A stretch of 37,757 nucleotides of DNA from sequence record SRR22947727_1221, one strand, 5' to 3'. How positions within the stretch are numbered: position 1 is the first letter of the stretch; every line of letters starts with the position of its first letter. This document shows positions 30,095-37,757 of this stretch, in pieces. The position numbers and the translations under genes were made by a program. The notes below the pieces were generated by a model that made no database searches, had not been told where the DNA came from, and saw nothing but the letters and a program-made list of their open reading frames with translations.

Positions 30095-31278
30095 TGAGCA
30101 GTATTCAAGCAAATTCGTTGGGCGTAATTGAGCCCCAACTCTACCGGCATGCAGAAGCGTTTTTACTACAAAACGGAGAGCAGCTGCATGGGTACGAATT
30201 GGTATTCGAAACTTACGGCACACTAAACGCTGAAAAATCTAACGCAATACTTATCTGCCACGCACTATCAGGCCACCACCATGCGGCAGGCTTCCACGCT
30301 TTAGACGATGCTAAGCCTGGCTGGTGGGACGCCTGTATAGGGCCAGGAAAGTGCATTGATACTGACAATTTTTTCGTTCTAAGCCTAAACAACCTTGGTG
30401 GCTGCCATGGCAGCACCGGACCGAACTCCATTGACCCAAGTACAGGCGAAATATTTGGCCCGAACTTTCCTAATGTAGTGGTAAAAGATTGGGTGGCTAG
30501 CCAAGCACACCTTGCCGACCATCTCGGAATCCAAAAATTTGCTGCGGTAATTGGCGGCAGCCTTGGTGGAATGCAGGCCATGCAGTGGAGTATCGACTTC
30601 CCAGAACGGCTGTATTCAGCAGTCTTGATTGCCTCCGCAGCCAAATTGTCTGCGCAAAATATCGCCTTTAACGAAATCGCCAGACAAGCCATAACGACAG
30701 ATGAAGATTACTGCGCTGGAGATTACCAACAGTTTGATAAAAATCCTGAGAAAGGGTTAATGCTCGCAAGAATGGTTGGGCACGTTACCTACCTCTCAGA
30801 AGACGGCATGAAAACTAAGTTTGATCGCGACGTTAAATCTGGCGACTTTGAACAAGGTGCCAATGTTGAATTTCAGGTTGAAAGTTATCTTCACTACCAG
30901 GGGCGGGCTTTCACTCAGTACTTTGACGCGAACACCTACCTTTTGATGACCCGGGCATTAGACTATTTTGATCCGGCGCGAGCGTTTGATGGAAACCTGA
31001 CTCGGGCGCTAGAAAACACCACAGCCAAATTTTTAGTGCTTTCCTTTTCTACTGATTGGCGTTTTTCACCAGAGCGGTCTCAAGAGATAGTCGACGCCCT
31101 CATTCAAGCGAGAAAGAATGTAGCCTCAGCGATCATCGAATCTGAGCATGGGCACGACTCGTTCTTATTGCCCATAGAGCGATATACAAAGGTTCTTAGT
31201 GCATTTCTGCAGCGTTCCTTTGCGGAGTTAGAAAACTCAGCCGAGCTGTTGGCTACAGAAAACGAGGTGGATTCATGA
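30094..31278 (+). CDS. metX: Homoserine O-acyltransferase (acetyl or succinyl donor not resolved)
   Basis: Motifs [21 protein letters not shown] and HGHDSFL. Confidence 0.96.
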   Translation: MSSIQANSLGVIEPQLYRHAEAFLLQNGEQLHGYELVFETYGTLNAEKSNAILICHALSGHHHAAGFHALDDAKPGWWDACIGPGKCIDTDNFFVLSLNNLGGCHGSTGPNSIDPSTGEIFGPNFPNVVVKDWVASQAHLADHLGIQKFAAVIGGSLGGMQAMQWSIDFPERLYSAVLIASAAKLSAQNIAFNEIARQAITTDEDYCAGDYQQFDKNPEKGLMLARMVGHVTYLSEDGMKTKFDRDVKSGDFEQGANVEFQVESYLHYQGRAFTQYFDANTYLLMTRALDYFDPARAFDGNLTRALENTTAKFLVLSFSTDWRFSPERSQEIVDALIQARKNVASAIIESEHGHDSFLLPIERYTKVLSAFLQRSFAELENSAELLATENEVDS

Positions 31279-31871
31279 GGGGTGACTTGGCGCTGATCGC
31301 AACGTTAATCAATCCTGGCGCACGCGTACTGGACTTAGGGTGTGGCGAAGGGGAATTATTGGATCATCTACAGCGCGACAAACGCGTAAACGGTTACGGC
31401 TTAGATAGAGACGCGGAGAATATACGCACTTGCGTGAGTAAAGGCGTCAATGTCATTGAACAAGATTTAGATGAGGGCTTGGACAACTTTGTCGATGCCA
31501 GCTTTGACATGGTGGTGATGACAGATGCTTTGCAAGCGGTCAAAGAGCCGAGAGAACTTGTTAGAGATATGCTGCGCATCGGCGAGGAATGTATTGTCAC
31601 CTTCCCCAACTTTGCCCACTGGCGCTGCCGAGCGCAATTGGCGCTGAAGGGCGTAATGCCGGTCTCTAAACAGCTACCACATAGCTGGTTTGATACGCCA
31701 AATATTCATTTATGTACTTTCACTGATTTTGAGCAACTGTGCGCTGCTGAATCTATAAATATCATTCAACGCCGAGTGGTTAACGCGAACCACCAAGAAA
31801 AAACCTTTATTAACTGGGCGCCTAACTTTTTTGGTACCTATGCATTTTATCGACTAGGAAAGTCTTCATGA
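31275..31871 (+). CDS. metW: Methionine biosynthesis protein MetW
   Basis: Motifs [16 protein letters not shown] and [11 protein letters not shown]. Confidence 0.96.
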   Translation: MRGDLALIATLINPGARVLDLGCGEGELLDHLQRDKRVNGYGLDRDAENIRTCVSKGVNVIEQDLDEGLDNFVDASFDMVVMTDALQAVKEPRELVRDMLRIGEECIVTFPNFAHWRCRAQLALKGVMPVSKQLPHSWFDTPNIHLCTFTDFEQLCAAESINIIQRRVVNANHQEKTFINWAPNFFGTYAFYRLGKSS

Positions 31872-32305
31872 CTATAAGAACAGCATTAACTGTCTTGCTT
31901 TCAGTAGCAGCAATCATTTTTAGCCCCTTAGGCGTTGCCGAGCAAATGCAGCGCTTTGGACAGTACGAACTTCACTACATTGTGATTCCTACAACAATGC
32001 TGAAACCAGAAATTGCTGCGGAATACGATATTTCGCGGGGTAAAGATCGCGCACTGGTTAATGTGTCAGTACTCAACCGAGAAAAGAAAGCAATCAACGC
32101 GACCATTATCGGCGACAGTCAAAATCTGTTGGGCCAGCTGCAAGATTTGGATTTTAAGCAAGTTACTGAGGGCGACGCCATCTACTACCTCGCGGAAATA
32201 CGCTTTGCCGACCAAGAGGTACACCGAATTCAAATTGAAGCCACCGCACCTGACGGCAAATCGACCTTACTGAAATTCAATCAAAAACTTTATTGGGCTG
32301 AATAA
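31868..32305 (+). CDS. DUF4426 exported protein
   Basis: Signal peptide, NLLGQ and EGDAIYYLA; lies between metW and rdgB. Confidence 0.88.
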   Translation: MTIRTALTVLLSVAAIIFSPLGVAEQMQRFGQYELHYIVIPTTMLKPEIAAEYDISRGKDRALVNVSVLNREKKAINATIIGDSQNLLGQLQDLDFKQVTEGDAIYYLAEIRFADQEVHRIQIEATAPDGKSTLLKFNQKLYWAE

Positions 32306-32904
32306 TGAAAGTCATGCTCGGCACTCGAAATAACGGCAAAATCGTTGAGATGCGCCGTTTGCTAGAACCCTTGGGGCTTGAACTTGAAAACCAAACCGAC
32401 ACGGATATTCCAAGCCCAGTGGAAGACGGTGCCACCTTTGTTGAAAACGCGCTGATTAAGGCCAGAGCAGTGAGCTTAGCATCCGCCCTGCCGGCTATCG
32501 CCGACGACAGCGGCCTAGTGGTACCCGCGCTAAATGGACGCCCCGGCATCTATTCGTCACGCTTTGCGCATGCAGATGCTACCGACACAGAAAATAACAA
32601 CGAATTGCTCAGCCAATTGGCAGACCAAGCGTCACGATCAGCGTACTTTTTTTGTTGTATGGTGATGCTCCGCCACCCCATAGATCCGACACCAATCATA
32701 GCCTACGGCCAATGGTGGGGAGAAATTCTTAGCGCGCCTCAAGGAGAGGGCGGATTCGGCTACGACCCATTATTCTTTGTCGCCAGCCACGACCGCAGCG
32801 CCGCACAACTGCCAGCGGACATTAAAAACCAATTGAGTCACCGCGGCCAAGCCAGCCAGCAGCTCATTACGCAGCTGTCGGCTGTTTTTCACACAGATGC
32901 TTAA
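32305..32904 (+). CDS. rdgB: Non-canonical purine NTP pyrophosphatase
   Basis: Motifs TFVENA, ADDSGL, GFGYDP and KNQLSHRG. Confidence 0.97.
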   Translation: MKVMLGTRNNGKIVEMRRLLEPLGLELENQTDTDIPSPVEDGATFVENALIKARAVSLASALPAIADDSGLVVPALNGRPGIYSSRFAHADATDTENNNELLSQLADQASRSAYFFCCMVMLRHPIDPTPIIAYGQWWGEILSAPQGEGGFGYDPLFFVASHDRSAAQLPADIKNQLSHRGQASQQLITQLSAVFHTDA

Positions 32905-32909
32905 CATAG

Positions 32910-34040
32910 ATGCTTAATAGTCCTGGGCTATACGTTCACTTTCCGTGGTGTATAAAAAAATGTCCCTACTGCGATTTCAATTCTCACCCTCTCAAGGACG
33001 ACGTTGACCAGAAGAGATATCTAGATTCGTTACTCGAAGATTGGCAGGTCCAGTCGACTACTATTCCTGCACTAGAAAATGCTGACTTTTCGCAAGATGG
33101 CTTTAAGACCGTTTTCTTTGGCGGTGGCACACCCAGCCTTTTTAAACCCGAACTCATGGCAAAACTTCTGAGGCAATTACCCATTGCTGTAGATGCGGAA
33201 GTCACCATGGAGGCCAATCCCGGCACCCAGGAATATACTGACTTTGAGCATTATCTGAGCGCTGGGATCAACCGGCTGTCCATTGGCGCGCAGTCTTTTC
33301 AAAACACCCAGCTTGCTAAACTAGGTCGAGTGCACAATTCTGCCGAAACCGTCGCCGCTGTCGCCAAAGCGAGGGCGGCTGGTTTCACAAACATCAACAT
33401 AGACCTCATGTGGGGACTGCCCGGCCAAAGTTTAGAGGATGCGCTTTTTGATCTGGAGAGCGCCATTGCACTGTCGCCCCAACACATCTCTTGGTATCAA
33501 CTCACTATTGAAGCAAAGACAGAGTTTGCCAAACGGCCACCCCTACTACCCATAGATGGCATCCTCGCTGAAATAGAGATCAAGGGTAACGAACTGCTCG
33601 CTGGGCAAGGCTATAGTCGATACGAGATCTCCGCTTACGCAAAAGACGCCGCCTTCTGCCAACACAACATTAACTATTGGTCATTCGGAGACTACGTTGG
33701 CTTAGGCGCGGGCGCCCATGGAAAGGTCAGCGAAGACGAGCAGATCCTACGCACGCAAAAGGCCTCCCAGCCACGGCTATATCAAGGCGAGCCAACCAAA
33801 ACATCCAAGCAGAGGGTAGCCGAAGAACAGTTGCCGTTAGAGTTTATGATGAACGCCCTGCGTCTAATTGACGGCACCAGCTTGACCACCTTTACTGAAA
33901 AAACCGGCTTGGATTGGCAGGTTATTGCAACACAATGGGACGGACTGGTCGCCCAAGGGTTAGTCCGACCCGACCGCTGCAGTACAACTGAACTTGGGCT
34001 TCGGTACCTAGATACGGTATTGGAAAAGTTTGTTAGCTAA
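32910..34040 (+). CDS. hemW: Radical SAM heme chaperone
   Basis: YVHFPWCIKKCPYCDFNS, GGGTPS and the HemW-type HNINYW. Confidence 0.95.
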   Translation: MLNSPGLYVHFPWCIKKCPYCDFNSHPLKDDVDQKRYLDSLLEDWQVQSTTIPALENADFSQDGFKTVFFGGGTPSLFKPELMAKLLRQLPIAVDAEVTMEANPGTQEYTDFEHYLSAGINRLSIGAQSFQNTQLAKLGRVHNSAETVAAVAKARAAGFTNINIDLMWGLPGQSLEDALFDLESAIALSPQHISWYQLTIEAKTEFAKRPPLLPIDGILAEIEIKGNELLAGQGYSRYEISAYAKDAAFCQHNINYWSFGDYVGLGAGAHGKVSEDEQILRTQKASQPRLYQGEPTKTSKQRVAEEQLPLEFMMNALRLIDGTSLTTFTEKTGLDWQVIATQWDGLVAQGLVRPDRCSTTELGLRYLDTVLEKFVS

Positions 34041-34767
34041 TTCGGCGATAAGTGAAGTCACGAATACGATGGCCCAACTTCTCACCGCGAGTTTCAAATT
34101 TTGTTCTACCGCGCGCTGTACCGTCTGAGTCTAGCTCTGTTTTCAATCCGCTCTCACCCAAAATTGGGTCTCTAATTGCATCAAGTTCGCATTTGAAGTT
34201 GTCATTCATGGCGAAATGCTCCGCCATCCACTCGCCATATTCGGCCCAATCTGTTGCCAACCTAACAATACCCGTAGGTTTTAGCACGACAAGCATCTGC
34301 GTCAAGAACTCAGGCTGAATCAGCCGCCGCTTTAAGTGCCGTTTTTTCGGCCATGGGTCCGGGAAAAATATTCTTATTTCTGACACAGAATCAGGCGTGA
34401 GTTCAGCCAACACTTTCTGTGCGGGTTGATCTACAAGGGCAACATTTTCAATTTTGAGATTTTCGAGTCTTGAGAGCATGGAGCCGATACCCGGCTGGTA
34501 AAGTTCAATACCCAAAAGTAATTTTTGCGGTTGTTCTTGGCCCCAAATGATGAGTTCGTGACCCATACCAAAACCAATTTCGATACCCAGTTCGCGCGGG
34601 TCTGCATTTATTGCGGGCATTGATAAACGATAATGCTGGGTTAAACGTTCCAGCGCACTGGCTTGGGCTTTAGTAAAACGACCACGGCGACGGATATAAC
34701 TATGGGCGAAGTCGTTGTACAACGACCCGTCGGCGTTTGGAGTACTGGCGGAATCCTGCTCGGGCAC
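34033..34767 (-). CDS. trmB: tRNA m7G46 methyltransferase
   Basis: Motifs EIGFGMG, FFPDPWPKKRH, ATDW and TKFE. Confidence 0.96.
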   Translation of the reverse strand: MPEQDSASTPNADGSLYNDFAHSYIRRRGRFTKAQASALERLTQHYRLSMPAINADPRELGIEIGFGMGHELIIWGQEQPQKLLLGIELYQPGIGSMLSRLENLKIENVALVDQPAQKVLAELTPDSVSEIRIFFPDPWPKKRHLKRRLIQPEFLTQMLVVLKPTGIVRLATDWAEYGEWMAEHFAMNDNFKCELDAIRDPILGESGLKTELDSDGTARGRTKFETRGEKLGHRIRDFTYRRIS

Positions 34768-34799
34768 TAAAATTTTCTCCCAGAAGCTGAGGCAGCTAA

Positions 34800-35174
34800 T
34801 TAGTTATTAATGGCGAGAGAAGAATATATGAGGGTGGCCCACGCAGCTATCAAAGTTACACCACCTAGAGGTGTTACGGGACCAAACCAAGAACCCGCGC
34901 CTAAAACCAACGCATAAATGCTGCCGCTGAAGAGTACGATGCCCACCATAAAGAGAGCGCCTGCGTAGCGAAGCGAAGCGGGACCATCGAGTAGTAACCA
35001 TAAGCCGACGAAGAGTAGAACTAGGGCGTGGTACATCTGGTAGGAAACTGCAGTCTCCCAGCTCGACAAGCTGGATTCAGAGAGGCGGGTTTTCAAAGCA
35101 TGGGCGCCAAATGCACCGAGCACCACGCCAAGGAGGCCTAGTGAGCCTCCGAAAAGAATAAACAACTTGGCCAT
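34800..35174 (-). CDS. DUF423 membrane protein (YgdD-like)
   Basis: Motifs LGAFGAHAL, YQMYHAL, LFSGSIY and TPLGG. Confidence 0.93.
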   Translation of the reverse strand: MAKLFILFGGSLGLLGVVLGAFGAHALKTRLSESSLSSWETAVSYQMYHALVLLFVGLWLLLDGPASLRYAGALFMVGIVLFSGSIYALVLGAGSWFGPVTPLGGVTLIAAWATLIYSSLAINN

Positions 35175-35177
35175 CTA

Positions 35178-36029
35178 CTAGTCAGCAGTAATGGCGAGCT
35201 TGAGTTTCTTCATCGCGTTTTTTTCTAGCTGGCGGATACGCTCTGCGGAGACACCATATTCAGCAGCTAGTTCATGCAACGTGGATTTGTCATCACTCAA
35301 CCAACGCTGCTGTAAAATATCTCGACTGCGCTCGTCTAAACCGGCAAGCCCCGCACTGAGGCGAAGGCTGGAGTCTTGTTGCATGTGCTCATCCGCAACA
35401 ATATCGGCTGGATCAGGCGCCGCTGAGGCCAAAAAGTGCATTGGAGCCGTTGCCGATTCTTCATCTGCACCGTAACCGTCAAAGGCCATGTCGCTGGCAC
35501 TCAGCCGGCCTTCCATGCGCGTCACCTCTGCCGCAGACACACCCAAATCATCAGCAATAGCTTGGGTCTCAGCCAAGCTCAACCATGCGCTACTGCGCTT
35601 GGCGCCGCGAAGGTTAAAGAACAACTTCCGCTGAGATTTGGTTGTAGCCACTTTGACTATGCGCCAGTTGCGCAAAATGTATTCGTGAATCTCGGCCTTA
35701 ATCCAATGCACGGCAAAGGAAATCAGACGCACGCCTACATTAGGATCGAATCTTTTAACGGCCTTCATCAATCCAACATTACCCTCTTGGATTAGGTCAG
35801 CTTGGGAGAGTCCATAGCCCTTGTAAGATCGAGCGAGGTGAACCACAAAGCGCAGGTGGCACATGACTAGCTCGCGGGCGGCATCTAAATCTTGGTCAGC
35901 GTAAAATCGCTCAGCGAGTAGCTTTTCCTCTTCCGGCTTAAGGATGGGAAATTGACTGATTGTGCGTAAATAGGCATCGAGGTCACGACCTGGAGCGATG
36001 CTTGGCATTGCCATAATGTTTGTTGTCAT
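35178..36029 (-). CDS. rpoH: Heat-shock sigma factor sigma32
   Basis: RpoH box QRKLFFNLR, DLIQEGNVGL and VSAERIRQLE; downstream of ftsEX. Confidence 0.98.
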   Translation of the reverse strand: MTTNIMAMPSIAPGRDLDAYLRTISQFPILKPEEEKLLAERFYADQDLDAARELVMCHLRFVVHLARSYKGYGLSQADLIQEGNVGLMKAVKRFDPNVGVRLISFAVHWIKAEIHEYILRNWRIVKVATTKSQRKLFFNLRGAKRSSAWLSLAETQAIADDLGVSAAEVTRMEGRLSASDMAFDGYGADEESATAPMHFLASAAPDPADIVADEHMQQDSSLRLSAGLAGLDERSRDILQQRWLSDDKSTLHELAAEYGVSAERIRQLEKNAMKKLKLAITAD

Positions 36030-36060
36030 GGTGATACTTCCGGTAACACGAACAAAGATA

Positions 36061-36087
36061 TTAGCACTCTAACTTGAGGAGTGCTAA
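36061..36087. promoter_or_regulatory. CIRCE element (HrcA operator) upstream of rpoH
   Basis: Perfect TTAGCACTC-N9(TAACTTGAG)-GAGTGCTAA, 31 nt upstream of the rpoH ATG. Confidence 0.95.
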
Positions 36088-36093
36088 CAAAGA

Positions 36094-36121
36094 TTTGAGC
36101 CTTAAATCTTGACAAAAGTTA
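36094..36121 (-). promoter_or_regulatory. Candidate sigmaE/AlgU-type promoter for rpoH
   Basis: Minus strand reads TAACTT-N17-TCAAA versus consensus GAACTT-N16/17-TCnAA. rpoH has a sigmaE promoter in E. coli and Pseudomonas. Confidence 0.4.
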
Positions 36122-36159
36122 CTCAAAACCGCCGCGGCAACGTCGTAAATAAATTGCCG

Positions 36160-37137
36160 CTAGAGAAATTGCGCGCTGTGCAAACGTTGTCGTACCGCAA
36201 CCCACGCGCCGATTACGCCAAGAAAAATGCCAATACCTAGCATGCTAAGTAGAAACTGGCCGTTGAAGCCCTGCACGACAAGCGGTACTTGATAGCTGCC
36301 GAGTAACGCCTGCAGCGGTCCTTCAATAGCATTAAGAATGAGGGCCAGGAACATTACAGCCATGACACCGCCGCCCACGCCATAGCAAGCGCCAAAATAT
36401 ATGAATGGTCGCCGCATCTGCCCCTTGGTGGCACCCACGAGAGCCAATACCAGCAACTCTTCCAAGCGCGACTCAATGGCTAACCGCACAGACGCAGAAG
36501 TGACAAAGATCGCACCTAGACCAAACAGTAACCCCAGTATCCAACCCAGCCGGTTTAACAAGCTCGTAATGTCACGCAACCGCTCCAACCAAGTCTTTTC
36601 AATGACTACATCGTTGATTTGAGATTTGGCCCTTAGCTGCCGTTGCAGACTTTCAAGCTCAATAAAGTCCGCACCCTCTCTGCTGGTAATTTGGATGGAC
36701 GCAGGTAGCGGGTTTTCATCCAGGCTAGCCAAGATGTTGCGCAACTCAAGGGAGTCAGATGTTTGGGCGACAAAATCTTGTAGCGCCTGATCAGATGTTG
36801 TTAACGCCGTTTTGTCTACCAACGGCATGGTTTCCAAGTCTTTTAGTACCGCCTCTATATTCGACGGATTAACCCCGGCTTCGAAGTAGACGGTCAAACC
36901 TGCGCGGCCCTGCCAACCCTCTCCAACCGCATGCAGGTTGACCTGAGCGAGCCAAAGTATGCCGGGAAGGGCCAGCGCGATACCGACTAAAAACCAAACA
37001 AACAGGCTACTCGCCAAACGCTGGCTGACATAAAGCGTCGTATCATTGAACGTGCGCCCATGATCCTTAAGCCAATTGATAAGACCACCGGATGGCTTAG
37101 CCCAGGGGTCAAGGCTGTCGGGTTTCTTGCTAGACAA
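36160..37137 (-). CDS. ftsX: Cell division permease FtsX
   Basis: Motifs GIALALP, LDENPLPAS and LVGAT...RRPFIYFG. Confidence 0.95.
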   Translation of the reverse strand: MSSKKPDSLDPWAKPSGGLINWLKDHGRTFNDTTLYVSQRLASSLFVWFLVGIALALPGILWLAQVNLHAVGEGWQGRAGLTVYFEAGVNPSNIEAVLKDLETMPLVDKTALTTSDQALQDFVAQTSDSLELRNILASLDENPLPASIQITSREGADFIELESLQRQLRAKSQINDVVIEKTWLERLRDITSLLNRLGWILGLLFGLGAIFVTSASVRLAIESRLEELLVLALVGATKGQMRRPFIYFGACYGVGGGVMAVMFLALILNAIEGPLQALLGSYQVPLVVQGFNGQFLLSMLGIGIFLGVIGAWVAVRQRLHSAQFL

Positions 37138-37152
37138 AGGGCACCTGGCGTT

Positions 37153-37755
37153 TCATAAATTGAACTCAGTGACTTTTGTTTGCGCGGCAACTGGGTCTTC
37201 AAGGCACCCAGCAACTAATTTTAGAGTGGGTTGACCCATATTTTTCACCAACTCTATGTCGTGAGTCGCAATAATAACTGTGGTGCCAATCTCTCGGAAT
37301 TGACTAAACAGATCCATTATGGTCTGCGATAAATCTGGGTCGAGGTTTCCTGTTGGTTCATCTGCCAGTAAGATTTTGGGTCTATTCACTACCGCCCGAG
37401 CGATGCCAACGCGCTGCTGCTCCCCCGTGGACAAAAAACCCGGCAGGAGTTTTTCTTTATCAAGTAAGTCTACCGCACTTAACGCGCCTCTTACCCGAGG
37501 CGCGATCTCTTTTGCAGGAAAATGTCCAATACGCAGCGGCAATGCCACATTTTCAAAAACTGAGCGATCGGCGAGCAAGTGGTGGTCTTGAAATACCACC
37601 CCTACATTGCGTCGATACCAAGGCATGCGCTTTGCGCTTAATTGACTGATATTCACACCACCCACCAGCACTCGGCCTCGGGTAGGCTCGTCGGCGCCAA
37701 TCAACAAACGCAAAAAAGTACTCTTACCCGCACCGGAATGACCGGTTAAAAAAGT
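37153..37755 (-). CDS. ftsE: Cell division ATP-binding protein FtsE; 5' end outside the window
   Basis: Frame runs to the window edge. Walker [22 protein letters not shown] and [11 protein letters not shown]. Confidence 0.97.
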   Translation of the reverse strand, partial: TFLTGHSGAGKSTFLRLLIGADEPTRGRVLVGGVNISQLSAKRMPWYRRNVGVVFQDHHLLADRSVFENVALPLRIGHFPAKEIAPRVRGALSAVDLLDKEKLLPGFLSTGEQQRVGIARAVVNRPKILLADEPTGNLDPDLSQTIMDLFSQFREIGTTVIIATHDIELVKNMGQPTLKLVAGCLEDPVAAQTKVTEFNL

Positions 37756-37757
37756 CA

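Noticed and set aside
36134..36160. GCGGCAA/TTGCCGC inverted repeat after ftsX
   Set aside because: Large loop and no adjacent U-tract; at most an ordinary weak terminator.
37410..37440. FtsE ABC signature LSTGE instead of LSGGE
   Set aside because: I recall LSTG variants in Pseudomonas-type FtsE, so this is not evidence of inactivation.

Overview
Core-genome window of a gammaproteobacterium with Pseudomonadales/Cellvibrionales-like gene order; the taxon is inferred from gene order and protein similarity recalled from memory, with no search run. In order it holds: a partial YyaL-like gene; the glycine cleavage cluster gcvT-H-PA-PB; ygfB-pepP-ubiI/H; zapB-like-zapA-6S RNA-ygfA; def; ilvA/rpiA; an FAD oxidoreductase; an alpha/beta hydrolase; tkt-pgk-fba; metK-metF-rsmE; an orphan ChpA-like Hpt protein; gshB-tonB-yqgE-yqgF; yggS-proC-yggT-metX-metW-DUF4426-rdgB-hemW; trmB-DUF423; rpoH; and ftsX-ftsE (partial). 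I see no mobile element, CRISPR array, tRNA or rRNA, and no convincing wholly new multi-gene system. The most notable signals are: (1) a perfect CIRCE operator with an adjacent second 21-bp palindrome upstream of rpoH; (2) a stand-alone ChpA-like fragment with a His-less Hpt motif where the pilG-chp cluster normally lies; (3) a six-unit 12-bp tandem repeat filling the ilvA/rpiA divergent spacer, next to a possible ATT start for rpiA; (4) a split GcvP; and (5) repeated clean absence of usually syntenic genes (ubiH, serA, epd, sahR, ahcY, pilT, thiG/S, mtgA).
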